Assembly (NCBI GenBank): GCA_030059675.1
Contig: JANVYQ010000002.1
Location: 175,184-239,183, forward strand
Length of the DNA: 64,000 bases
Reading direction: 5' to 3'
Origin: Candidatus Pelearchaeum maunauluense
GTDB lineage: Archaea; Thermoproteota; Nitrososphaeria_A; Caldarchaeales; Caldarchaeaceae
The position numbers were made by a program, and so were the translations under genes. Of this stretch, positions 49,397-58,863 are shown one piece after another; within the stretch, counting starts at the first letter, position 1; the number at the start of each line of letters is the position of its first letter. Under the pieces are notes generated by a model. It saw nothing but the letters and a program-made list of their open reading frames with translations, had not been told where the DNA came from and searched no databases.

Positions 49397-49940
49397 GGCC
49401 TAAAAGCTCACCAGCTATCCTGCCAGCTATTAATCTAGGTATCTGAGAGCGGTTCTCCTCCGTTAATACAATGAGATTCCCGCCAGCGGCTGTTTTTACC
49501 TTTCTAACCAGCGGGTCATCCGCTTTTATATGCACAGTAACTACGGCCGGCTTGCTGCTTGAAAGTAGGGCTTCTACGCACTCGCGAAAACGACTGCTCT
49601 TCAATTCCATAGGACCAACCTCGTCCAGTATGGTTACATCACGCTCTCTGAGGGAGGAAAATACAGCTTCAACGCCTATGTTTTCAAGAGATGCTATATC
49701 AACCACATAACGGCCTACACGCGGCCCAGCTCCAGAGCCAGCCATAGCCAAGACGCCCCGCCTGCCGAAGGTTATGTCAATAATCTCAAAACCAACACGC
49801 CCAGAGCCCTTACGAATCTCCAACGTATACATTCCTCCAACACTTATGCCATGCCCCTGAAGGATGTCAGCAACCATTTTTATCGCGGTGGTCTTCCCTA
49901 TTCCAGGTCTTCCCGTCAAGGCATAGAAGAGGTGGCGCAT
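49389..49940 (-). CDS. THEP1-family NTPase
   Basis: GRPGIGKTT, RVGRYVVD and DEVGPMEL. Confidence 0.9.
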   Translation of the reverse strand: MRHLFYALTGRPGIGKTTAIKMVADILQGHGISVGGMYTLEIRKGSGRVGFEIIDITFGRRGVLAMAGSGAGPRVGRYVVDIASLENIGVEAVFSSLRERDVTILDEVGPMELKSSRFRECVEALLSSSKPAVVTVHIKADDPLVRKVKTAAGGNLIVLTEENRSQIPRLIAGRIAGELLGHA

Positions 49941-49943
49941 CTT

Positions 49944-50600
49944 TCAGTCAAACTCCTCCAACGTGAATTGCTTGGCTTTGGATACTGTCTCCCAATCAGC
50001 TCTCACTATATTGGGGAGGCTTCCGCGACGTAGATGTTCCTTTATGAAATGTATAGTTCGCGGGTCTGATGGATAGCCGGAGCCGAAGTCGCCGAACTCC
50101 GTGTGGAGCTTTTCAATCTCTGAGTCTCGTCTAACCTTTGCGATTATTGACGCAGCCGCAACCACTGGATTGTTAGCATCGGCCTTAACCATACATATAA
50201 TCTCAACACTATCATTCTGTAGTCTATTTCTCACGTATTCAGCGAAACGTGTAGTATTTCTATCAGGTGAGTCTATTATAACCCTGTTTGGCTTTATCTT
50301 GGATATAAGCGCAACGATGCGCTCAGCTTCCAGCAGGTTTATACCGCCGCGGCCGCGTCTCTTTAGCATCTCGTTCACCGACTCGGCGCTTATAACTTCA
50401 AGCTGTACAGAGTGAGCCATACTAGTTATGTGTGGCTGTAGCTCAAGTCTCTGTTCTGGCGTAAGTGTCTTAGAGTCTGCTACCCCCAGCCTAGCAAGCT
50501 TTGGAATCATCTCTTCATGTATGGAGTATGCAGCTATGACAAGAGGCCCTATAACCGACCCGCGTCCAGCCTCGTCAACACCGCACAGAAGGAGGCTCAA
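49944..50600 (-). CDS. rnhB: Ribonuclease HII
   Basis: GVDEAGRG, DSK, AAASIIAK, GSGYPSD and a C-terminal PIP box QFTLEEF. Confidence 0.96.
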   Translation of the reverse strand: MSLLLCGVDEAGRGSVIGPLVIAAYSIHEEMIPKLARLGVADSKTLTPEQRLELQPHITSMAHSVQLEVISAESVNEMLKRRGRGGINLLEAERIVALISKIKPNRVIIDSPDRNTTRFAEYVRNRLQNDSVEIICMVKADANNPVVAAASIIAKVRRDSEIEKLHTEFGDFGSGYPSDPRTIHFIKEHLRRGSLPNIVRADWETVSKAKQFTLEEFD

Positions 50601-50603
50601 GGC

Positions 50604-51299
50604 CTAGCCCCTAAACCGAGCAGCAACCATAACATGGTCTCTTTCATAAGGCTCTAGGCTTATGGTCTCCAGAACCTTAAAGCCTGACTCTGCCAGAATT
50701 TCTGTCTCCCGCCTAAATATGCGGTCAGGTTCTTCCACGCTATCTATGCTCCTAGCCTTAATCGCAACCAAGACACCGCCGCCCTCATTTAACATCTCCC
50801 GCGCGTTATCCGCGACTATCTTGGCTTGCTCAGGCTGGGCTACATCGCAATAAATAACATCAACCCCCCCGACCAGATACTTATACGAGGATGGATTCCG
50901 CGCATCGCCAACTATCGCAGCTACATTAGTCCTACGTTCAGCCACGTTTTGGAGAAACTGCATCATAACGCGTGGTGAGAAATCAACGCCATATAGAAAA
51001 CCTTCACTGCCGATAATATCAGATACGTGGCTTGCAGTAGTCCCAGTCGCGGCGCCTAGGTAGAGAACCCGCGAGCCTGGCTTTATGAATATCTCGCTTA
51101 TCCCACGCACTATGGCTGCTGCCAATTTACTTCTATAGTAGGACCAGAGCCGATATTCTTCGCCGCCAGCCTCTATCAGCTTCTCGCCATAGACGGAATA
51201 TCCGCGGGCTAGGTTCTTGGTCGCCAGATGTGTTTCACCACCGCTCTCAACCCAATACACTGCCCTAAACTTCTCGTGCTCCCTTACCTGTACAGTCAT
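50604..51299 (-). CDS. flpA: Fibrillarin-like rRNA/tRNA 2'-O-methyltransferase
   Basis: VYGE, RSKLAAAI, LYLGAATGTT and DVAQP. Confidence 0.96.
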   Translation of the reverse strand: MTVQVREHEKFRAVYWVESGGETHLATKNLARGYSVYGEKLIEAGGEEYRLWSYYRSKLAAAIVRGISEIFIKPGSRVLYLGAATGTTASHVSDIIGSEGFLYGVDFSPRVMMQFLQNVAERRTNVAAIVGDARNPSSYKYLVGGVDVIYCDVAQPEQAKIVADNAREMLNEGGGVLVAIKARSIDSVEEPDRIFRRETEILAESGFKVLETISLEPYERDHVMVAARFRG

Positions 51300-52495
51300 C
51301 TCCTACCCCTCCTCCTCTTCTGATGCTTAATCGGCTGCTTAGGTCTTGGTGGCGGTTGCGCGTATTTACGTCTAATCTCCTCAACTCTCTTATCCAGTGC
51401 GCGTCTAAGCTCTGCGCTTCTATCCTCTTTTGTGAGGTAGTCTATGCGCGCTGCTATTGAGATTTTTGTGGCGAGGGCGCGCGCTATCTTGCCTCGCTGC
51501 CATCTGCTTGCCGAATGGACGTATGGGTGTTGGAAGATTACGCCATGCTTAGGTGCTCCCCTACCTGTGCGCAGGAATCGGAAGAGCGCCTTCTCAGCTC
51601 CCAAGACCTGAACCGTGCTGGCAGGCAGTTTAGCGAGCTTCTCAAGCCCCCCAGCCAGGGATATGAGCCTGCTACCGAGGACAGGCCCTGCGACAGCTGA
51701 TAAGTTGGGAGCCTCGGATGACATGAGAGACCTTATGTAGTTCTCCAGCCGCCCCTTAAGCGCTGCTGTCTCAAGCCCAAGATACGCTAATGCACGTATG
51801 GAATTAGCGTCTTCACGCGATAACTCAGCACCCAGAGAGCTTAACGCAGCTTCAACAACATCTTCAAGCCTCTTATGCGAGCCCAGCACATTCTTCACAG
51901 AATCAATACCAACATCGCTGCGGAAAGTTATGTGATAAACAAACTTTAGATAACTAATTGGATCTTGGAGAAGGTCTTCCAGTTCTGGGAAGTGTACGCC
52001 ATACCACTCGCGGACTCTTATGTATATCTGGTTCAGCTGTTTTTCAATATCGTCAAGCGCTCTTACCGCATGTACTATGTGTATATCTCTCCGTTCTACA
52101 GCTTCACGGAGCTTCATCCTTGCTAATATGTTGGCTACGCTTCGCGTCCAGTTGCGGTATTCCTCCCTCTTCAGTATCCCCGCCTTGTGTAGAGCTTCCT
52201 CCAAATCAGCCTGCGCCTGCTCTTCCACCGATAGCTCTAGACCCTCGCGGGCCAAGCGTCTCGCATAGTTGCCTAGCTCCTCACCCACTAGGACTATCCT
52301 CGAAAACCCTTTTGAGGCCAGCTCCTTTAAGAGTTCTGTAAGCTCGGAGGGTGGTTCAGGTGATGATGTAAGCCGTGAGAGTTTCTCGGCAGCTTCCTCA
52401 GGTGTTTCTCCCAGTTTTTTGAACGCTACCACTCCGCCGTCTTCCAGGGCTGCCAAGCCCACCGCAGACAGGATAACTCGCGCAGATGTCGCCAT
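51296..52495 (-). CDS. nop5: Box C/D RNP protein Nop5
   Basis: REWYGVHFPEL, PASTVQVLGAEKALF and PKHGVIFQ. The start is probably the ATG at 52495. Confidence 0.95.
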   Translation of the reverse strand: MATSARVILSAVGLAALEDGGVVAFKKLGETPEEAAEKLSRLTSSPEPPSELTELLKELASKGFSRIVLVGEELGNYARRLAREGLELSVEEQAQADLEEALHKAGILKREEYRNWTRSVANILARMKLREAVERRDIHIVHAVRALDDIEKQLNQIYIRVREWYGVHFPELEDLLQDPISYLKFVYHITFRSDVGIDSVKNVLGSHKRLEDVVEAALSSLGAELSREDANSIRALAYLGLETAALKGRLENYIRSLMSSEAPNLSAVAGPVLGSRLISLAGGLEKLAKLPASTVQVLGAEKALFRFLRTGRGAPKHGVIFQHPYVHSASRWQRGKIARALATKISIAARIDYLTKEDRSAELRRALDKRVEEIRRKYAQPPPRPKQPIKHQKRRRGRR

Positions 52496-52596
52496 AACTT
52501 CCCATACTCTACCGTAAAGCCTGGTTTTGTGCGTTTCCATCGCGAAGGCTCTATATACCAGCACATATGCAACACAACAGTAGAGGCGCGTGCATC

Positions 52597-52755
52597 ATGC
52601 CGAGCCACGGCAGCATAACGAAGGCCGGGAAGGTTAGAAGCCAGACGCCGAAGCTGGAGGCTAAGCCTAGAAAATCACCCATTCCAAGGGTCAGAAACAG
52701 GATGAACTATAATAGTCGTGTGCAGTCCCAGGCTAGTTCCAGGTCAACAGCGTAA
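52597..52755 (+). CDS. rps30e: 30S ribosomal protein S30e
   Basis: MPSHGSITKAGKVRSQTPK. Confidence 0.95.
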   Translation: MPSHGSITKAGKVRSQTPKLEAKPRKSPIPRVRNRMNYNSRVQSQASSRSTA

Positions 52756-52779
52756 TCCTTCTTAACTTTTATTCTTATT

Positions 52780-52839
52780 GGGGGATGATGACTAACGTCC
52801 ATGTTGAGTTATGATGCAACGATGGGCAGTCTGACCCCC
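52780..52839 (+). ncRNA. Box C/D methylation guide sRNA
   Basis: GGGGG, C ATGATGA, 12-nt guide, D' TTGA, C' ATGATGC, 13-nt guide, D CTGA, CCCCC. Confidence 0.9.
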
Positions 52840-52844
52840 TCTTG

Positions 52845-53951
52845 CTACACCTCCGTGGTTGCCAGCTCTATCCTCGCTATCTCAACCGCCCCTGAGGGGC
52901 CTGGAGTTACAAAGACCTTATCTGGATACCTGAGCGCTATGTTGTTGAATACTTGGTGAACTGTGCTCGGTGTTGTCAATTTTCCCTCTTCCATGAGCTT
53001 ATAGCAGGTATATAGTTTAAGCATATCAAGCTTTACAGTCTTGAAGCCATCGCGCACAAACCTGCCATAACCCTCTATAAATGTCTGCGAAATCTCCTCG
53101 CGTGATGCTTGTTCCCACTCATGTAGGAGTGGGAAAACCTGTTCAAATAGGCTTTCCTCAAGCTTCTTAAGCGGCTGTCTTAACACCCTCTCAAACCTCT
53201 CAACAAATGCGAGCAACTCCTTGTTAACCGCGAACTTACCCCTACCCTCGCGCAAGAGTATCCCAAGGTCAACAAGCCATTCTAAACGTGGCGGAGCCAC
53301 ATGCCTATACTTAGCATACTGCCTACTCCTAATCCACTCAGATTTTGAAGCATAGCTCTGACGTTTCTCTTTAAACGTGCCAGCCTCGTCCAGCTCTTTT
53401 TTAATTAAGGGTCTTCTCTTAGGGTCTGCTGTAGGAAGGGCGCGGATAAGAGCTTCTGGGTATATGTCCTCCATAATCGCGTTCATGGCGTCGGTTCTGT
53501 TGAAACGCTGCCGCTGTAAAGACCAGAGAATAACCTCGCCTAAGAATGGATAATCATGATAGGCTAATGTGTGTAAGAAGAATGCCCGCTCAACTGGCGA
53601 GAGTTCCAATAACATATCATGCGATAGTCTTTCACGTCCCTCTATAACTGCATGGAATTTATATGCCGAGTCGAGCCTACTGTATATGCTGCCCATCAGT
53701 CCTCTTACTTGCGTCTTCCTGTCTATTATCCCTGTCTCAGAAGCTAGTGTTATGTAGTTCCGTACATTAACCTGGCTTGCTATTATGCCTGTTAAGATAG
53801 CGCCTTCGGGGGGCTTCTCCGCTTGTTTCACAAGCTCGTGAAGCAGTGATGCTAGATAGTCAAAGCTTTTAGGTGTGAAATCATCTGCCAGGCATGCTAT
53901 TAGGCGTAAATAGCCAAGACGGCAAACATCGCCATGTGCCTCATAAATCAT
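52845..53951 (-). CDS. Hypothetical protein, probably with multiple winged-helix domains, coupled to the methyltransferase
   Basis: ATGA overlap with the MTase; wH-like segments NYITLASETGII and PRLEWLVDLGILL. Confidence 0.7.
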   Translation of the reverse strand: MIYEAHGDVCRLGYLRLIACLADDFTPKSFDYLASLLHELVKQAEKPPEGAILTGIIASQVNVRNYITLASETGIIDRKTQVRGLMGSIYSRLDSAYKFHAVIEGRERLSHDMLLELSPVERAFFLHTLAYHDYPFLGEVILWSLQRQRFNRTDAMNAIMEDIYPEALIRALPTADPKRRPLIKKELDEAGTFKEKRQSYASKSEWIRSRQYAKYRHVAPPRLEWLVDLGILLREGRGKFAVNKELLAFVERFERVLRQPLKKLEESLFEQVFPLLHEWEQASREEISQTFIEGYGRFVRDGFKTVKLDMLKLYTCYKLMEEGKLTTPSTVHQVFNNIALRYPDKVFVTPGPSGAVEIARIELATTEV

Positions 53952-55141
53952 ATCTTGTCCACCTCCACGCTAACAACACCAGACCAAGCAACAGGCGAGT
54001 TCCTAATCCTTACGTTACCCTTGTGTAGGATGAGTATCTTTTCACGGCTAACCCCCTTACCCTCGTCAACATACATTAAATATTTGTGCTCTTTAGGTAT
54101 ATTGTCGCTAATCACGGCAGCCACCGTAAATCCACTAGCCTCGGCCGGCTCCATAAGTAGTCGGGCCATATCTATAAGCCGTCCATTAATCTTTACATCG
54201 CCGACAACGACTATGCAGGCCGAGTCATCTTTAAGCACTCTAAACATCTCATCAAAGCATTTGCGCATAAATGCTACGAATTTAGGTATAGACTGTGTCT
54301 CAAAAAGCTTACTCCTGACTTCCTCATAATTATATCCGAGAAACCACAAGCGAAGCCAGTTATCCCATGCGTAGGTCTGCATATTGAAGTAGGGTGGCGA
54401 TGTTACTATCAGGTCTACCGAGTCATCAGGTAGGGGAAGGCTACGTGCATCCCGCATAAACACGCGGCCACGCCGCCTAGGGACGCCATCAGCTAACAGG
54501 TTCTCAGCGCGCCTTAAGATGCAGCTCAAAACATTCCTATTAGGTCGCCTCAATCTATGCTTCTTAGCATATCTCTTTAGGTATCCTGGAGACATGGAGA
54601 AGGAGTGGCTGCATGGAAGGCTTAGGTGAAGCTCTGAAGGGCCATGGAGTATTCCCAGCATAACCGCCTTAACGAAGTTCCCAACATCACTGTTATCATG
54701 TAGTAACAGCTCTCTAACCGCGAGAATCTGCTTGAGTGTTGATGGGCTGAAGAAGACTCGCACATCCTCATCCGCGTCATATATGCTAACCGCGTCAGGC
54801 CGCATTTTGCGCATAGCCTCTTCAACCCATTTCCTAACCTCACCTAGGGATACGGGATTAACCTTAGCCCTACTTACCACGTAAGCCTCAGGGGCTAGGT
54901 CGTTGCCCAGCCCAATCCTGTCCAAAAGACAGGCTTCAAGCGGGAGCGTTCCCTTCCCGCAGAACGGGTCTAGAACCACATCGCCCCTATCCGAGTATTT
55001 CGCTACGAACCAGTGGGCTAGCGCTGGAGGGAATGAGCCTGCCCGAGACATCATACGGTGGAGAGCTATACCCCATTTCTTCTCTGCATATTTCCACGAG
55101 TCTGGAATCTCGTAGCTCTGAATGTATGTTATCCTATTCAT
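53948..55141 (-). CDS. Site-specific DNA amino-methyltransferase (SPPY, probably N4-cytosine)
   Basis: Motif I LDPFCGKGT precedes motif IV TSPPY; MFRVLK is also present. Confidence 0.88.
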   Translation of the reverse strand: MNRITYIQSYEIPDSWKYAEKKWGIALHRMMSRAGSFPPALAHWFVAKYSDRGDVVLDPFCGKGTLPLEACLLDRIGLGNDLAPEAYVVSRAKVNPVSLGEVRKWVEEAMRKMRPDAVSIYDADEDVRVFFSPSTLKQILAVRELLLHDNSDVGNFVKAVMLGILHGPSELHLSLPCSHSFSMSPGYLKRYAKKHRLRRPNRNVLSCILRRAENLLADGVPRRRGRVFMRDARSLPLPDDSVDLIVTSPPYFNMQTYAWDNWLRLWFLGYNYEEVRSKLFETQSIPKFVAFMRKCFDEMFRVLKDDSACIVVVGDVKINGRLIDMARLLMEPAEASGFTVAAVISDNIPKEHKYLMYVDEGKGVSREKILILHKGNVRIRNSPVAWSGVVSVEVDKI

Positions 55142-55355
55142 CGGAGGCGGGCGCCGCCTCCTTGCTCGCTTTAATTCTTAGCACGGCGGAGAGACTACGT
55201 AATCCCAAGTTAATCGCGCAACTTTCCTAGAGTATTCCTCTGGAATGCTGTCCCTCAAAAGACCCTAGAATACAAGTAAGCTATGCGGCGGGCAGAGGAT
55301 AGACTAATTAGGGTCTTTACGCCTCTTTAAACTCCCGGCTCAGGGGGCGTGGATA

Positions 55356-55925
55356 ATGGAGGAAATAGTACTAGAGTATGATGGTAGGGAATTCTATGAG
55401 CTCTCTGTAAGGGGATTTAAGAGGATACTTCCGCTAATCCAGGTATCAGAAGATATATGGATAGCCTATTTTGATAGTTTGGGTGATAAGGAGTTCATAG
55501 AGCACTGCGCTAGAGAGCTAGCACCCCACCTCAAGGATTGTGATATACTCTTAACATCTGAGAGCAAGGGCATACCCCTTGTCCATGAAATCGCAGGCCT
55601 CTTGGGGCATAAGCAGTACGTTGTATGTAGGAAGGAGCGCAAACCATTCATGCATAACCCGATAGCGGTAACCTTCAAGCCCATAACAGCTAGGAAGGAG
55701 CTGGAGCTGGTGATAGATGGAAGATACGTAGAGAGGCTGCGGGGAAAGAACGTTGGGATTGTTGACGATATAGTTAGCACGCGCCAAACTATGGAGGCTA
55801 TGGAGAAGATAGTTAATCAGGCAGGTGGAAGAGTGGCCAAGAAAGCAACGGTCCTAATAGAGGGCGAACACCACAAAGATGTAATATACCTAGGAGTCCT
55901 GCCCATATTCAAGAAGAGAAAATAA
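55356..55925 (+). CDS. Adenine phosphoribosyltransferase-family PRTase
   Basis: ESKGIPL, RKERKPFM and VDDIVST. Confidence 0.85.
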   Translation: MEEIVLEYDGREFYELSVRGFKRILPLIQVSEDIWIAYFDSLGDKEFIEHCARELAPHLKDCDILLTSESKGIPLVHEIAGLLGHKQYVVCRKERKPFMHNPIAVTFKPITARKELELVIDGRYVERLRGKNVGIVDDIVSTRQTMEAMEKIVNQAGGRVAKKATVLIEGEHHKDVIYLGVLPIFKKRK

Positions 55926-55974
55926 CCAGACCCCCCTTCAGGCATATATACCACCAGCCCGACAACATAAACGA

Positions 55975-56103
55975 AGCCCGGTCGTCTAGCGGCCAAACAG
56001 CCCCACACTGGTCAGAAAGAACAGGCTGGGCAAAGGATCTGGGGCTCTGGATCAAGGGCGGAGGAGAACCCCCAGGACGCCGGTTCGAATCCGGCCCGGG
56101 CTA
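55975..56103 (+). tRNA. tRNA-Gln(CTG) with two introns (55997-56034 at 21/22; 56051-56068 at 37/38)
   Basis: Acceptor stem AGCCCGG/CCGGGCT, T-arm GCCGG-TTCGAAT-CCGGC and anticodon arm TGGGG-CTCTGGC-CCCCA after splicing. Both junctions are BHB-like, and TATATA lies upstream. Confidence 0.93.
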
Positions 56104-56110
56104 CTACGAG

Positions 56111-56144
56111 AGGGGGTTACCCCCTTAAGAGATTTTTATTTTTT
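56111..56144 (+). terminator. Hairpin plus T-tract after the tRNA
   Basis: AGGGGG-TTA-CCCCCT followed by TTTTTATTTTTT. Confidence 0.6.
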
Positions 56145-56198
56145 AACTTGGCTAGCCGGAGGGCTTTCTGGTTTTAAGGGTCTTGGCCGTTATGGTTT

Positions 56199-56224
56199 TT
56201 GCTACCGAAAATGTTAGGTAGCAA
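56199..56224. promoter_or_regulatory. Palindromic operator candidate upstream of the NXR/NAR-like operon
   Basis: TTGCTACC-N10-GGTAGCAA. Confidence 0.45.
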
Positions 56225-56259
56225 CTATTTCTCAACGGTCATGCATTTTTAGGCCGCGT

Positions 56260-57649
56260 ATGCCGCGGAAAAGCAGGAGGCTGTACCAGAACGTGTTAGC
56301 AGGCGCGGTTTTCTAAAAGCAGCAGGTGTTGCCGCCCACTAGCGTTACTGAGTCTCTAAATGCTGAACAACTCGGTAACCGCCTCTGTAAGCAAAATCTC
56401 GTCATTCCTAGAACCAGTAACGATAGACAATCCATCCGCATACCCCAACAGGGGATGGGAGAAGGTATACCGAGACCTATGGGTATACGACTACGAATTC
56501 ACTTGGCTCTGCAGCCCTAATGATACTCATGGTTGTCTGCTGAAGGCATATGTTAAGAATGGTGTGGTAGTGCGCATAGCGCCTTCATACAACTATGGCA
56601 AGGCCAGCGACATATACGGGAATAGAGCCAGCTTCAGGTGGGACCCTAGAATATGTAACAAAGGTGTAGCTATGCTTAGAAGATTCTATGGAGACCGTAG
56701 GATACGAGGCGCTTATGTAAGAAAGGGCTTCCTCCAATGGGTTAAGGATGGTTTTAGAAGAGACCCAGAGACAGGCGCCATACCTGCCGAGTATGTAAGG
56801 CGTGGCGAGGATGAGTGGGTTAAGGTCCCGTATGAGGAGGCTTTCCAGATAGTAGCTAAGGCGTTGATAAACATAGTTGAGACATATAGCGGCGCGCGTG
56901 GGGCTGAGTTGCTACAAAAGCAGGGCTATACGCATGTGCTATACACTCCAAAGTATAGGCATGGAGCGCATACGACGCTCATAGACGTGGATATCGTAGC
57001 CATGTGGTTTGGGCCATACGCAGACCCGTATAGGCGTGACAAGCGGATGCCCTTTGTAGCCGACGGATACATGGACATTAACCCGCTGGATGCTAAGAAA
57101 ATGGGTATTGAGGATGGTGATTATGTTAGGGTTAATGGAGACCCGCGCTATGAGCCGTTTGAAGGCTGGCAGGAGAAGCCAAACGACGCCAAGGTTGCAA
57201 ACCTGGTTCTACGCGTGCGCTACTATCCTGGTATACCGCCTGGAACTGCCAGAATATGGTTCAACATGTACCAGGCATCCCACGGGACTGTTAAGGCTCA
57301 TGAGACAAGGCCAGACGATCTTGCGAAGACCGAGAAGACCAACTACCAGTCCATGTTCAGATATGGCGGCCATCAGGCTCTCACGCGGAGTTGGCTTAGG
57401 CCAACGCTGCTCACCGACTCTATGGCCAGAAAAGGTGTGGCAGGCCTGCTTATCGGCAAAGGATTCGCGCCAGATGTGCACTGCGCAAACGGAGCTCCGC
57501 GCGAAAGCTATGTCAAGATAGAGAAGTTCGAAGCAGGTGGTATAGGCGGCGAAGGCGTGTGGAGGCCAGTGACGCTGGGCATAAGACCATTGAACGAATC
57601 CGACAGCTTCCGCAAGTATGTTGAAGGCGGTTTCTTTGTAGGAGGGTGA
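56260..57649 (+). pseudogene. Type II DMSO-reductase family alpha subunit (NxrA/NarG-like) with a frameshifted Tat signal and a large internal deletion
   Basis: SRRGFLK at 56298 is out of frame. CSPNDTHGC..PRICNKG runs directly at ~56925 into the C-terminal TPKYRHGAH. Confidence 0.85.
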
Positions 57650-57652
57650 TGG

Positions 57653-58843
57653 GTGATGCCAGAGGTATTTAACTGGCAGATAGATCGTCAGATGAACTAT
57701 CTCTATGGAGCGCCTCGCCCAAGAAGACAATTCGCTGGAGTGTTTGACCTGAATAAATGCATAGCCTGCCAGACGTGGACGCTGGCGTGTAAGACCACGT
57801 GGACCAGCGGCCGTGGTCAGGAGTATATGTGGTGGAATAATGTGGAGAGCAAGCCCCGCGGCGGTTATCCGCTGACCTGAGATTTGAAGCTTATGGAGAC
57901 GCTTGGCGAGCAGAAGTGGGAAGCGAAGCGCTATGCTGGCAAGACGGTATTCGAGCTAGAGGACAGACCTAACAAGGAGAACCCCGTGGCGGGTTACTTC
58001 CCCGAAGACCTGGATTACGCGCATCCAAACCTAGGGGAGGACGAGGTAAGCGGAGTTCTAGAGACAGAAGGAGGATACTTCCCAACAATACCTAAGCCGT
58101 TATGGATGTTCTACCTACCAAGAATCTGCAACCACTGCACATACCCAGCCTGTCTAGCAGCCTGTCCTAGAAGGGCAATCTACAAGAGGGAAGAAGACGA
58201 AATAGTCCTGGTAGACCAAGCACGGTGTAGGGGATACCGCTACTGCATCGAGGCATGCCCATACAAGAAAGTCTTCTTCAACCTCATGACGCGGGTCGCT
58301 GAGAAGTGCATAGCTTGCTTCCCACTTATAGAGAATGGAAAGATTCCAAGATGTTTCGAGACCTGCATAGGGAAGATTAGGATAGCTGGCTTCATCAGCA
58401 AACCAGACTCGCCAAACCCTGAGAACCCAATAGACTACTTGGTGTTGGTTATAAAGGTAGCGTTACCGCTCTTCCCACAGTCGGGAACAGAACCTAACAT
58501 CTACTACATACCCCCAATCAACGTGCCGCTGAACTTCCTACGCATGATGTTCGGGCCTGGAGCCGACAACGCTGTGAAGACGTATAGGGCTGTTATGGAA
58601 AAGGCGCGGCAAAATGGGCTTGAGAACCTAGATGACGAGGACCTAAAGCTTATTGGGCTGGTGACGTTAGCGAACTCCACAAATAGGATAGTCCATAGGT
58701 TCCGCATAATACGCGAGACGCTGGAGATAGTCGGCTATGATGAGCATGGCGGAGGGCTTGTGAAAGTGCCTATTAGCGAGCCTAAGCATGTTCGCGAGTT
58801 CTATGACCAGCGTCTAAAGGTTTACCGTCATAACATAACGTAG
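57653..58843 (+). pseudogene. Fe-S beta subunit (NxrB/NarH-like) with an in-frame TGA
   Basis: [23 protein letters not shown] (TGA at 57878), RICNHCTYPACLAAC, CRGYRYC and EKCIAC. Confidence 0.88.
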
Positions 58844-58863
58844 TGAGGAGGTGAGGGGGAGGT

